The notes under the pieces: model-generated
The model's database searches: none
Seen by the model: the letters and a program-made list of their open reading frames with translations, nothing else
What the model was told of the DNA's origin: nothing
Assembly (NCBI GenBank): GCA_963826705.1
Contig: CAWGYF010000022.1
Span: forward strand, 2,099 to 66,098
Direction of reading: 5' to 3'
Source of the DNA: an uncultured Actinomycetota bacterium
GTDB taxonomy: Bacteria; Actinomycetota; Actinomycetes; Mycobacteriales; Pseudonocardiaceae
Length of the DNA: 64,000 nucleotides
Shown: positions 37,601-46,045 of the stretch, one piece after another
How the letters are laid out: every line of letters starts with the position of its first letter
How positions within the stretch are numbered: position 1 is the first letter of the stretch
Position numbers and translations under genes: made by a program

Positions 37601-37952
37601 GCACGAGGATGCCGGGGCGCCTTGCGCTGCAGGCACCTGGATGCCGCGGGCTCGCGGAACCCTCATTCGCCGGACCCCTCCCGGGTTCAGGACGCCACCG
37701 ACACCCAGTCGGCCTGACCCCACCTCGAACTCGACTGGCATCCCTGCCGGGCCCACCGCCCCCGGCCGGGATGCCAGTCGACCATCCGCCGTCGGCCACC
37801 GTGGGGTCGGAGGGCGTGTGAGGTCGGCCGGGTGGCCGGCACAGGCGGACCTCGCAGAGTTTGGGGTGACTTCGCAGGAGGTCGAACTTCTGCGACGACG
37901 CTGGAGGATCCGCGAGGTCGGCCGCAGCACATGCATTCTTGGTGGAGCTGGA

Positions 37953-38600
37953 CGGCCCACGACCCCCCGTCGGGCTGTGATCACCGATAGTGGTGCCCGA
38001 GGCGCAGAGTTGCACGGCCTGCACCATTCCCAGCGATCATGGCGGCTGGCGGCCGGCGGCCGGCGGCCGGCGGCCGGTGGCCGGCGATGGGCGACGGGCG
38101 GGGTCAGCGGGTTGGTTGGGCGCGGCGAACGGCCCACGACCCCCGTCGGGCCGTGATCACCAATAGTGGTGCCCGACGCGCAGAGTTGCACGGCCTGCAC
38201 CATTCCCAGCGATCATGGCGGCTGGCGGCTGGCGGCCGGCGGCCGGCGGCCGGCGATGGGCGACGGGCGGGGGCCGGCGGGTTGGTTGGGCGAATGGCCC
38301 GGTCCAGCTGTGATCACCAATAGTGGTGCCCGAGGCGCAGAGTTGCACGGCCTGCACCATTCCCAGCGATCATGGCGGCTGGCGGCCGGCGGCCGGCGGC
38401 CGGCGATGGGCGATGGGCGACGGGCGGGGTCAGCGGGTTGGTTGGGCGCGGCGAACGGCCCACGACCCCCGTCGGGCTGTGATCACCAATAGTGGTGCCC
38501 GACGCGCAGAGTTGCACGGCCTGCACCATTCCCAGCGATCATGGCGGCTGGCGGCTAGCGGCCTGCGGCTGGCGACGGGCGGCTGACGGCCGTGGACGCG
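37953..38600. repeat. tandem array C: 4 units of 157-176 bp (64-bp GATC-capped module plus a G-rich spacer with variable GGCGGCC heptads)
   Basis: GTGATCACC unit starts at 37977, 38153, 38310 and 38479. The module is GTGATCACCAATAGTGGTGCCCGAGGCGCAGAGTTGCACGGCCTGCACCATTCCCAGCGATCAT. Confidence 0.9.
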
Positions 38601-39105
38601 GTATGCCCACCTCGCAGAGGGTGTGGTGTCCTGGCAGATGGTCGAGCTCAATGCCGGTTTCTTAAGGTGGGACGTCTGGTAGCTGACGGTTGCCCGGACC
38701 AGACAGCACCCGAGCTGTGATGATCGACTGAAGGGTGCACCGGCGAAGTGCGCAGGGAGCGCGGCCCCCCGGCAAGAACCGAATGCTCGACCCGGTCGCC
38801 ACGGTGATCGCCGCCCGTGGTGCCCAGAGTGCGCCGCTGCGCCACCCACACCACTCTTGACGATCATGGCCCGACTGCGCCCGACTGCGCCCGACTGCGG
38901 GGCTCCCGGTGGACGGTGATCGCCAAAATTGTGACATAACGGCCACATGTGGCGCTCATGTCACACAACCGGCGATCAACGCTCGGCAGCAGGCCCACGG
39001 GCGGCGGCGACCGCGCTGGATCCTTGCCGATCATGAGTTGCCTGCCGCACCCCTCAGCAAGACGATCACCGAGATCCAGGACCGCCGCAGCGGTATCGCC
39101 TGCAC
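38600..39105. repeat. mosaic repeat D, copy 1 (several different GATC-capped modules plus linkers)
   Basis: Contains 64-bp modules at 38805-38868 and 38917-38980, a 3x 10-bp linker repeat (CCGACTGCGC, 38871-38900) and a quasi-palindromic CTGGATC..GATCCAG module (39016-39080). Homologous to 45600-46045 and 59700-60050. Confidence 0.85.
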
Positions 39106-39189
39106 GTCGTCCATCACGAGTCGGCAGCCACCGTCAGAAACGCAGCCTTGGCGTCGCGGGCCGGGGCCCTCATTCGCCGGGCGCTCTAT

Positions 39190-39943
39190 GCTCGGACGGT
39201 GGTCGAGGGCGCAGGCGGCCGGTCGGGTGGGGTCTCGCGCGGGCTCGCGCTGCTCGTCGCCGGAAGCTACTTCATGGAGATCCTCGACGGCACGGTCATC
39301 GCGCCCGCGGCTCCGCACATCGCGGCCGACCTCGGCGTGCTCGCCGTCGACATCAACGTCGCGATCACCGCCTACGTCCTGACGCTGGCCGTGCTGATCC
39401 CGGTCAGTGGATGGCTGGCTGACCGGTTCGGCGCCCGGCGGGTGTTCCTGTCCGCCGTGGCCGTCTTCACGCTCGCCTCCGTCGGCTGCGCGGTCGCCGT
39501 CGACCTGCCGATGCTGACGGCCACCCGTGTGCTGCAGGGCGTGGGCGGGGCGATGATGGTGCCGGTCGGCAGGTTGGTCGTGCTCGGCGACGACTCCACT
39601 GCCGGTGCTCCTGGCGCTGCTGGCGGCCAGCGGCGTCTTCCGGTCAGTGGGCTTCACGACCTACAACACCGTCGCTTTCGCCGACGTCGAGCCCGCGCGG
39701 ATGACGCACGCCAGCACCCTCAACTCGACGCTGCAGGAGATCGGCGCGGGTCTGGGGGTCGCGGTCGGCGCGCTGCTGGTACGCCTCGGGGACCCCCTGG
39801 GTCACGCGATCGGCCTCGGCCAGGGCGGCAACCAACCCTTCCGCGTCGCGTTCGCCCTGCTCGCGGTGCTGCTGGTGCTCCCGATGGTGGAAGGCCTGCT
39901 GCTGGAGCGCGCCGCGGGCGACGCGGTGACAGGTCGCGCCTGA
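39190..39943 (+). pseudogene. DHA2-type MFS transporter with a large internal deletion and frame change
   Basis: The N-terminal part (..YFMEILDGTVIAPAAPHIAADLG..LADRFGARRVFL..RVLQGVGGAMMVPVGRLVVL) jumps at about 39588 into another frame that encodes only the last TM segments (PVLLALLAASGVFRSVGFT..LQEIGAGLGVAVG..). About 250 codons are missing. Confidence 0.7.
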
Positions 39944-40054
39944 GCAGCCCACTTCGCACCCCGCACCGGCACCTCGCATGTCGCGCACGGGGTACGAGGT
40001 CACCTCGCGGCGCGCAGCAGGCCTCGGCGGGGTGCGAGAGTGCCATGGCGTCGA

Positions 40055-40210
40055 TCAGTACCAGTGGCGCCTGCCCCCGACCATGCGGCCCGTCCCGCCG
40101 AGGATGGCGAGGATCGCGCCGATGACCAGCAGGATGATCCCGATGGTCCAAAGGATGGAGATGTGGGCGATGAAGCCGATGATGAGCAGGATCAACCCGA
40201 GGATTATCAC
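40055..40210 (-). CDS. small two-TM membrane protein (51 aa; DUF6131-like from memory)
   Basis: GTG 40210 lies 6 nt after AAGGGAGAG. Product: VIILGLILLIIGFIAHISILWTIGIILLVIGAILAILGGTGRMVGGRRHWY. Confidence 0.65.
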   Translation of the reverse strand: MIILGLILLIIGFIAHISILWTIGIILLVIGAILAILGGTGRMVGGRRHWY

Positions 40211-40425
40211 GTAATACTCTCCCTTGAGGCGCGGGCCCCGGCGCCGATCTGGACCGGAGTGTGGCGGAGCATAGGGATGTTGGGCGGGTTCCGCAGGCTC
40301 TAATGGCCGGGCGCCGGACAACCTGTCGAAACGGTGACGAAAGCCTGTCCCAACTGTGATGTGGCCGCGCGTTCGGGGGAATCGCCATGTCCGGCTCGTC
40401 CGGATCGGGCCGTGCGTCCCCAGCG

Positions 40426-41662
40426 TCATGATCGCCGAAACCGGCGGTTTACGTGTGCAGGTGCACGGGAACCGCCGCGCTCGGCGATCACGGGCCGGTC
40501 GCAGGCGGCGATGGCCACGCAGAGGAGCGTGACGCCGCCGCCGATGATGACGACCGGGCGCGGGCCCAGCCCGACCGCCACACCGGTGAGCGCGCTGCCC
40601 GCCGATGCGGCGGCGATCTTCCAACCCGCCACCGCGGCGAACACCTCGCCCCGGCGACCGGGCGGGGCGTGCTCGTTCCTCGCGTCGAGCGTCGCCGTGA
40701 CCCAGGGCGCCGTCAGCAGCCCGACGACGGCGAAGGCGACGACGGCCGTCATGTAGCTCGGGGCGCCGCTGACGAGGAGGTAGCCCACGCCGAGCGCCGC
40801 CGCGAACCACAGGCTCCGGCCAACGGCATCACCGCGCAGGGGCCGGGCGAGCACGGCAAGTGAGCCTGCGAGGTTCCCCACCTCCGAGTGCGCAGATCAG
40901 CCACCCGCCGCGAGTGCCGTCACCGGTCATGTCGACGGCGAGCAGGACGGCCACGACGCCGAGCGCACCGCCGGTCGCGGCGGTCGCCAGTGTTGTGCTC
41001 GTCACCCTGCGCAGCGGCCGGACGGTCAACAACAGCCCGCCTGCCGAACCCCGCGGCCGGTCCTGATGCCTGCAGGCAGGCGGCGCTGGGGGCAGGAACC
41101 GGATCAGCGCGGCGGCGAGCAGGACCAGCGCACCGATGCCCCACAGCCCAGCCGACGGCGAAACGGCAGCGGCCAGCCCGACCACGGCCGCGGGCCCCGC
41201 CGTGCCCGCGACGGCGTAGGTGATGGCGTCGATGCTGTACGCCCGGTCAGGCGCCGTGCCGAGCCCCGCGGCCAGCGAGCTGAGACCGCCGGTCAGAAGC
41301 GGCCCGCACGACCCCGCCACGAGCAGTGCGGCACCCGCGGGCCACGGCCACCCGGCGGCCAGCATCCCGACAGCGAGGGCAAGCGCAGCCGCGTAGACCG
41401 CGCAGCCCGCGGCCAGGGGTCGGCGCACGTCATCGGCCCGGTCGACCAGGCGCCCCAGCCACGCGCCGCAGATGTGCGGCACCGTCAACGCGGCGCTCAG
41501 CAGGCCGCCGACCAGCGCCCCGCCGGGGCCCATCCGGGCGACGGCGAACAGGACGATGCCGACCGCCGCACCCGCGTCACCGACACGGGCCAGCGTCGCC
41601 GCCACGAGATACCGCGGCAGCGCCCACGAGTTCGTCACCGGTCTGACAGGTGATTGCGTCAT
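40426..41662 (-). pseudogene. MFS transporter with a 1-nt frameshift near 40875 (G-run); the 3' end runs into a repeat module
   Basis: The frame from ATG 41662 (MTQSPVRPV..LARVGDAGAAVGIVLFAV..) ends at 40829. The continuation (.GNLAGSLAVLARPLRGD..) is in the +1 frame. The last ~21 codons are encoded by the 64-bp module at 40428-40491. A sequencing error cannot be excluded. Confidence 0.6.
40428..40491. repeat. single 64-bp GATC-capped palindromic module (inverted homolog of 25810-25873)
   Basis: ATGATCGCCGA-aacc-GGCGGTTTACGTG-tgcaggtg-CACGGGAACCGCC-gcgc-TCGGCGATCAC. Confidence 0.8.
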
Positions 41663-41707
41663 GTCGGGCAGGTTGCCCGCACTGCCGTCACCTGTCAAAC
41701 TGGTGAC

Positions 41708-42295
41708 GTGCCACCCGTACTGTTGGCCGACCATCCGGCGCTGGACCTCGTCGGCACCGTCGCCGAACGGACCACGACCCACGACGACCGTCTGACGTCT
41801 CCGGCCGCGCTGGGTGAGTGGCTCGTGCTCGCGGCTGTCCTCGACGAGCAGCCGGACGTGACGGCCGACGACCTGGCCGCCGCCATAGGACTCAGGGAGG
41901 CGCTGTACTCCCTGCTCCGCGCAGCCACCGAAGACGGCCCCGAAGAAGACACCACGGCCTGCGCCGGTACGCCGTTCCCGCGCCACGCGTTGGCGGTGGT
42001 CAACGACGCGGCCGCAGGCCCAGCCGTCACTCTGCGGCTGGGCGCGGACGGGCACGTCGAGCGGATCGGCACCGTCCCCGCCGCACTCGCGCACATCGCC
42101 CGCACGGGCATCGAGCTGGTCGGCGGCCCGGACCGGGGCCGCCTGCGGTGGTGCGCCGACGCGACCTGCACCCACCCGTTCCTCGACCGGTCGCGCGCGC
42201 GGCGGCGGCGGTGGTGCGGAATGGCGGGCTGCGGCGACCGCGCGAAGGCGAGGGCATACCGCGCCCGCCACCGTGATCTCGACAGCACCAGTTGA
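41708..42295 (+). CDS. ABATE/CGNR zinc-finger domain protein (putative regulator)
   Basis: The C-terminus LRWCADATCTHPFLDRSRARRRRWCGMAGCGDRAKARAYRAR is the CGNR zinc-finger pattern. It is divergent from the MFS gene. Confidence 0.8.
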   Translation: MPPVLLADHPALDLVGTVAERTTTHDDRLTSPAALGEWLVLAAVLDEQPDVTADDLAAAIGLREALYSLLRAATEDGPEEDTTACAGTPFPRHALAVVNDAAAGPAVTLRLGADGHVERIGTVPAALAHIARTGIELVGGPDRGRLRWCADATCTHPFLDRSRARRRRWCGMAGCGDRAKARAYRARHRDLDSTS

Positions 42296-42331
42296 CCGAG
42301 TGTCCTGAACGTTCGCCGGGTATCCCTCCGC

Positions 42332-43189
42332 ATGACCAGCCCCGACTACTACCTGCTCGACGAGCTGCTGACCGACGAGGCCCGCGCCGTGCGCAGCCGT
42401 GTCCGCGCGTTCGTCGAGTCCGACGTCCTCCCGGTGATCAACGACTACTGGGACCGCGCGGAGTTCCCGTGGGCGCTCGTGCCCAAGCTGGCCGGGCTCG
42501 GCGTCGTCGGATCCACGATCGAGGGCTACGGCTGCCCGGGGCTCTCGCGGCTGGCGGCGGGGATGGTGTCCCTGGAGATGTCGCGGGGCGACGGCAGCGT
42601 CAACACCTTCCTCGGCGTGCAGTCGGGACTCGCGATGGGCGCGATCCACCTGCTGGGCAGCGAGGAGCAGCGCCAGCGGTGGCTGCCGGGGATGGCCACC
42701 CTCGACCTCATCGGGGCGTTCGCGCTCACCGAGCCCGACCATGGCTCGGACTCCATCGCCCTGGAGACCACCGTCCGCCGCGACGGCGACTCCTGGGTGC
42801 TGAACGGGCAGAAGCGCTGGATCGGCAACGCCAGCATCGCCGACGTCGTCGTGGTGTGGGCGCGTGACACGGAGGACGGCCGGGTCAAGGCGATCGTGGT
42901 CGAGAAGAACGCCGACGGCACCTACCCCGACGGCTACACCGCGGAGGTGATCACCGGCAAGATCGGGAAGCGGGCGGTGTGGCAGCCGGACGTCACCTTG
43001 CGTGAGGCGCGGGTGCCCATGGACAACAAGCTCGCCGAGGCCCACTCCTTCCGCGACGCCACCCGCGTGCTCACCGCCACCCGCGGCGGCGCGGCCTGGG
43101 AGTCGCTCGGCCACGCCGTGGCGGCCTACGAGATCGCGCTGGACTACGCGAAGCGCCGCGAGCAGTTCGGGCGGCCGATCGCGGCCTTC
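42332..43189 (+). pseudogene. acyl-CoA dehydrogenase (glutaryl-CoA DH-like), 3'-truncated
   Basis: The ACAD N-terminal and middle domains are intact (..AFALTEPDHGSDS..NGQKRWIGNASIADVVVVWA..ALDYAKRREQFGRPIAAF), but the sequence after about 43189 is the reverse complement of another gene. Confidence 0.7.
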
Positions 43190-43301
43190 CGGCCGACGCC
43201 AACGTCTTCTTGTAGGTGCGGACCGCTTTGTCGTCCGAGCGGGCGATCGTCGAAGGGACGTCGTCGCGCATCCGCTCGGCCTCCTCGTGCCTTCCGGCCA
43301 T
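43190..43301 (-). pseudogene. ChaB-like protein, first ~37 codons only
   Basis: ATG 43301 follows GAGGAGG. MAGRHEEAERMRDDVPSTIARSDDKAVRTYKKTLASA resembles the ChaB N-terminal motif (LPSTL.RS..KA.RT). It is then fused tail-to-tail with the ACAD remnant. Confidence 0.5.
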
Positions 43302-43490
43302 GGCGCGCCTCCTCGGGTCGTGGTCGTAGGGGCGTACCCGTCGACGATCGACCCGAACCGGTCACTGCCGACTACGGAGCGCGCAACCCACCCCCGACGG
43401 AGCACGCAGAGTTGTCGCCCAGTTGCGGACGTGTCACGGCAGTCGTAGCGCAGTACAGTTTGCCGAGCCCGGAGCTCGTCTGCGGGGAAG

Positions 43491-44105
43491 GTGGTGGCCG
43501 TGGACACCGAAGGTGGCCAGGCGAGGCTGGTCGATTTCGACACGGACTCGTTGGCGGATGCCCTGGACGTGTACTTCCCGGCGCCGCTGAGCCTGTCGTT
43601 GGTGGCGAACACGTTCGCGCACAACGGCATGCAGCGACAACTGGGGCAGTTGCTCGACCTCCACGACGGCCAGGTCGACGAGATCGTCGCCGACCTGCGG
43701 CGTCTGGGCCCGCCACGACGGCACCTGGAGGTCACCGCGACCGCGCACCACTCGGTGCCGGGGCAGGGGGCGATGCACCTGCATGTGCACGCCTACGTCG
43801 CCCGGAAGGCGCGTGACTCCGAGACGGGCGAGCTGGCATCTCTCCCGCGTGATGCGCTCGCGGCCACCGCACGGACGGCCTGGCGCCGCTACTCGGACCG
43901 TCTGAAGGAGCGGACCACGGAGGTACTGGGCTTCGGGTGGGACCCGCTCCCCGACGACGCGTCGACGGGCGCGCCGGTCGAGGGCGGCGACGAGGTGCGG
44001 GTCGTCGGCCTGCCGCGTGCGGTGCACGTCACCGGTCTCGAGATGTGCGTCTGCCACGGTTACCTCGGCCCGCATGAGCAGATCGTGGCCTCGGGGCATC
44101 GGTAG
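43491..44105 (+). CDS. hypothetical protein with a relaxase-like (MobF/TrwC motif III-like) histidine cluster
   Basis: ..LEVTATAHHSVPGQGAMHLHVHAYVARKARDSETGELASLP..WRRYSDRLKERTTEVLGFGW resembles H.xSR..DPxLHTHxxxxN...DG.w.aL of MobF relaxases. At ~200 aa it is far shorter than a relaxase. The start is probably GTG 43500. Confidence 0.4.
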   Translation: MVAVDTEGGQARLVDFDTDSLADALDVYFPAPLSLSLVANTFAHNGMQRQLGQLLDLHDGQVDEIVADLRRLGPPRRHLEVTATAHHSVPGQGAMHLHVHAYVARKARDSETGELASLPRDALAATARTAWRRYSDRLKERTTEVLGFGWDPLPDDASTGAPVEGGDEVRVVGLPRAVHVTGLEMCVCHGYLGPHEQIVASGHR

Positions 44106-44119
44106 ATCCCGTTGGCCCG

Positions 44120-44285
44120 CTAGTGCGGTGGCCACAAACGTTGCCGGGGTGATCGCGTGATCCAGGCGACGACGCGCAAGGCGCCGCCCGAAGCTCATAC
44201 CGGGCGTCTTCGCGAGGGCGGCAACGCCGCGCGTCGTCGCCTGGGCGCGCGAGGACCCGGTGAACGTTTGTGGCCGCCGCACTAG
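44120..44285. mobile_element. MITE copy 2 (variant subfamily), CTAG on both flanks
   Basis: CTAG-TGCGGTGGCCACAAACGTT ... AACGTTTGTGGCCGCCGCA-CTAG. The right CTAG supplies the TAG stop of the VOC gene. Confidence 0.85.
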
Positions 44286-44719
44286 GCCTTGGCGATCAAG
44301 ACCTCGCCCTCGAGGCCGTCGGGATCACGGAAGAACATGCTGTAGGCCCCGCCGAAGTCGTTGACGGTGCCGTCGGCCGCGCCCGTGGCAATCAGGCGCT
44401 CGCGGATGGTCGCGAAGGCGTCGGCGTCCGCGGCCTGCAGACCGACGTGGTCGATGCGCCCGCGGCCCCACATCGGCGTCTGCCGGTCGGCTTCGGCGTT
44501 GCCCTCGATCGTGAAGATGTTCAGCTCGGTGTGCGGGCCGATGCGGATGATGGTCATCGTCTCGCCGGGCTCCTGCCCGTGTGGTCGGGTCGGGCCGACC
44601 TCGGCGCCGAAGACCTCGGCGTAGAAGCGGCCGAGACGAGCCACGTCCTTCGAGATCCAGGCGATGTGGTTGACCCCGTCGAGCAGCACGCTGAACTCCC
44701 ATCCGTCGTTGGCAGGCAC
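44282..44719 (-). CDS. VOC (glyoxalase/bleomycin-resistance/dioxygenase) family protein
   Basis: 145 aa. VNHIAWISKDVARLGRFYAEVFGA.., IDHVGLQA and FFRDPDGLEGEV. Confidence 0.8.
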   Translation of the reverse strand: MPANDGWEFSVLLDGVNHIAWISKDVARLGRFYAEVFGAEVGPTRPHGQEPGETMTIIRIGPHTELNIFTIEGNAEADRQTPMWGRGRIDHVGLQAADADAFATIRERLIATGAADGTVNDFGGAYSMFFRDPDGLEGEVLIAKA

Positions 44720-44796
44720 ACTATGACGGCCGAGCCGCCGCGGCGCGAGCGTCCGCGCTGCGGCGTGCGCACCGGAAGCGGTAGCGTCCCGACGTC

Positions 44797-45594
44797 ATGG
44801 ACGGGGTGCGCGGTGTGCTGTTCGACATCGACGGCGTGCTCACAGTGTCGTGGAAGCCGCTGCCCGGCGCGGCCGAGGCCGTCCGTGCCGTGCGGGACGC
44901 CGGTCTGGCCGTCGTGCTGCTGACAAACACCACCTCGCGGAGCCGGGGCCGGATCGCCGCGCTACTGGCCGACGCGGGCTTTCCGATCGAGCCCGACGAC
45001 ATCCTGACGCCCGCGGCCGCGGCCGCCGCGCATGTCCGCGAACACCACCGCGGCGCCCGTTGCTTCCTGCTGACCAGCGGCGACATCACCGAGGACCTCG
45101 ACGGTCTGGAGCTGGTCGGGCAGGACGACGAGCCCGACGTCGTGCTCTTGGGCGGCGCCGGGCCCGAGTTCGGCTACGAGGAGCTCAACGCGGTGTTCGG
45201 CCATGTCCAACGCGGCGCCCATCTGGTCGCCATGCATCGCAACCTGTACTGGCGCACCGAGGCCGGACTGCAGCTCGACACCGGTGCCCTGCTGCTGGGG
45301 CTCGAACGCGCCGCCGATGTCGAGGCCACCGTGGTCGGCAAGCCTGCAGGCGCGTTCTTCGACGTGGCGCTGCACATGCTCGGCGTCGCGGCGGACGCGG
45401 CCGTGATGGTCGGTGACGACGTCGAGGCCGACGTGCTGGGTGCCCAGGCGGCAGGCATCACCGGCGTCCTCGTGCGCACCGGGAAGTTCCGCGAGCAGGA
45501 CGGCGACGGCGTCGACGGTGACCGTCCGCAGCACGTCCTGGACTCGGTGGCCGACCTGGCGGAGCTGCTCGGACTGCCCGACGCCGCCAGCTGA
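44797..45594 (+). CDS. HAD-IIA family phosphatase
   Basis: VLFDIDGVLTV (DxDG motif I), VVLLTNTTSRS, and MVGDDVEADVLGAQAAGITGVLVRTGK. Confidence 0.85.
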   Translation: MDGVRGVLFDIDGVLTVSWKPLPGAAEAVRAVRDAGLAVVLLTNTTSRSRGRIAALLADAGFPIEPDDILTPAAAAAAHVREHHRGARCFLLTSGDITEDLDGLELVGQDDEPDVVLLGGAGPEFGYEELNAVFGHVQRGAHLVAMHRNLYWRTEAGLQLDTGALLLGLERAADVEATVVGKPAGAFFDVALHMLGVAADAAVMVGDDVEADVLGAQAAGITGVLVRTGKFREQDGDGVDGDRPQHVLDSVADLAELLGLPDAAS

Positions 45595-45599
45595 AAGTC

Positions 45600-46045
45600 T
45601 CGCGCTGGATCCCTACCGATCATGAGTTGCCTGCCGCGCCTCCTCAGCAAGACGATCACCGAGATCCAGGACCGCCGCAGCGTTCGCGCGGTCGCCGCCG
45701 CCCGTGAACCTGCTGCCGAGCGTTGATCGCCGGTTGTGTGACATGAGCGCCACATATGGCCGGTATGTCGCAATTTTGGCGATCACCGTCCACCGGGAGC
45801 CCCCGCAGCCGGGCGCAGCCGGGCCATGATCGTCAAGAGTGGTGTCGGCGGCGCACCGCTGCGCTCCTGGCACCACGGGCGGCGATCACCGGGGCGACCG
45901 GGCCGAGCATTCGGTTCTTGCCCCCGCCAGCCGCCCCGCCAGCCGCCAGCCGCCATGATCGCTGGGAATGGTGCAGGCCGTGCAACTCTGCGCCTCGGGC
46001 ACCACTATTGGTGATCACAGCCCGACGGGGGTCGTGGGCCGTACA
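45600..46045. repeat. mosaic repeat D, copy 2 (inverted relative to copy 1, except the terminal CTGGATC..GATCCAG module)
   Basis: 45604-45690 matches 39015-39100 in direct orientation. 45685-46045 matches the reverse complement of 38770-39015 plus one array-C unit. Confidence 0.85.

Noticed and set aside
37418-38529. Several 60-260-aa ORFs in both strands across array C (for example 37418-38203 (-) and 38166-38492 (+)).
   Set aside because: They merely read through tandem repeats, which gives repeated peptide blocks. They have no RBS and no family motifs.
40865-40890. Treating the MFS frameshift (G-run) and the other single-base frameshifts as proven pseudogenisation.
   Set aside because: Homopolymer indels are also the commonest assembly errors. 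These genes are reported as probable pseudogenes, with that caveat stated explicitly.
40829-43735. 968-aa minus-strand ORF, the longest in the track.
   Set aside because: It is a composite. Only its last ~270 codons (from ATG 41662) look like a real MFS protein. The rest is shadow sequence opposite the CGNR, ACAD and relaxase-like genes.
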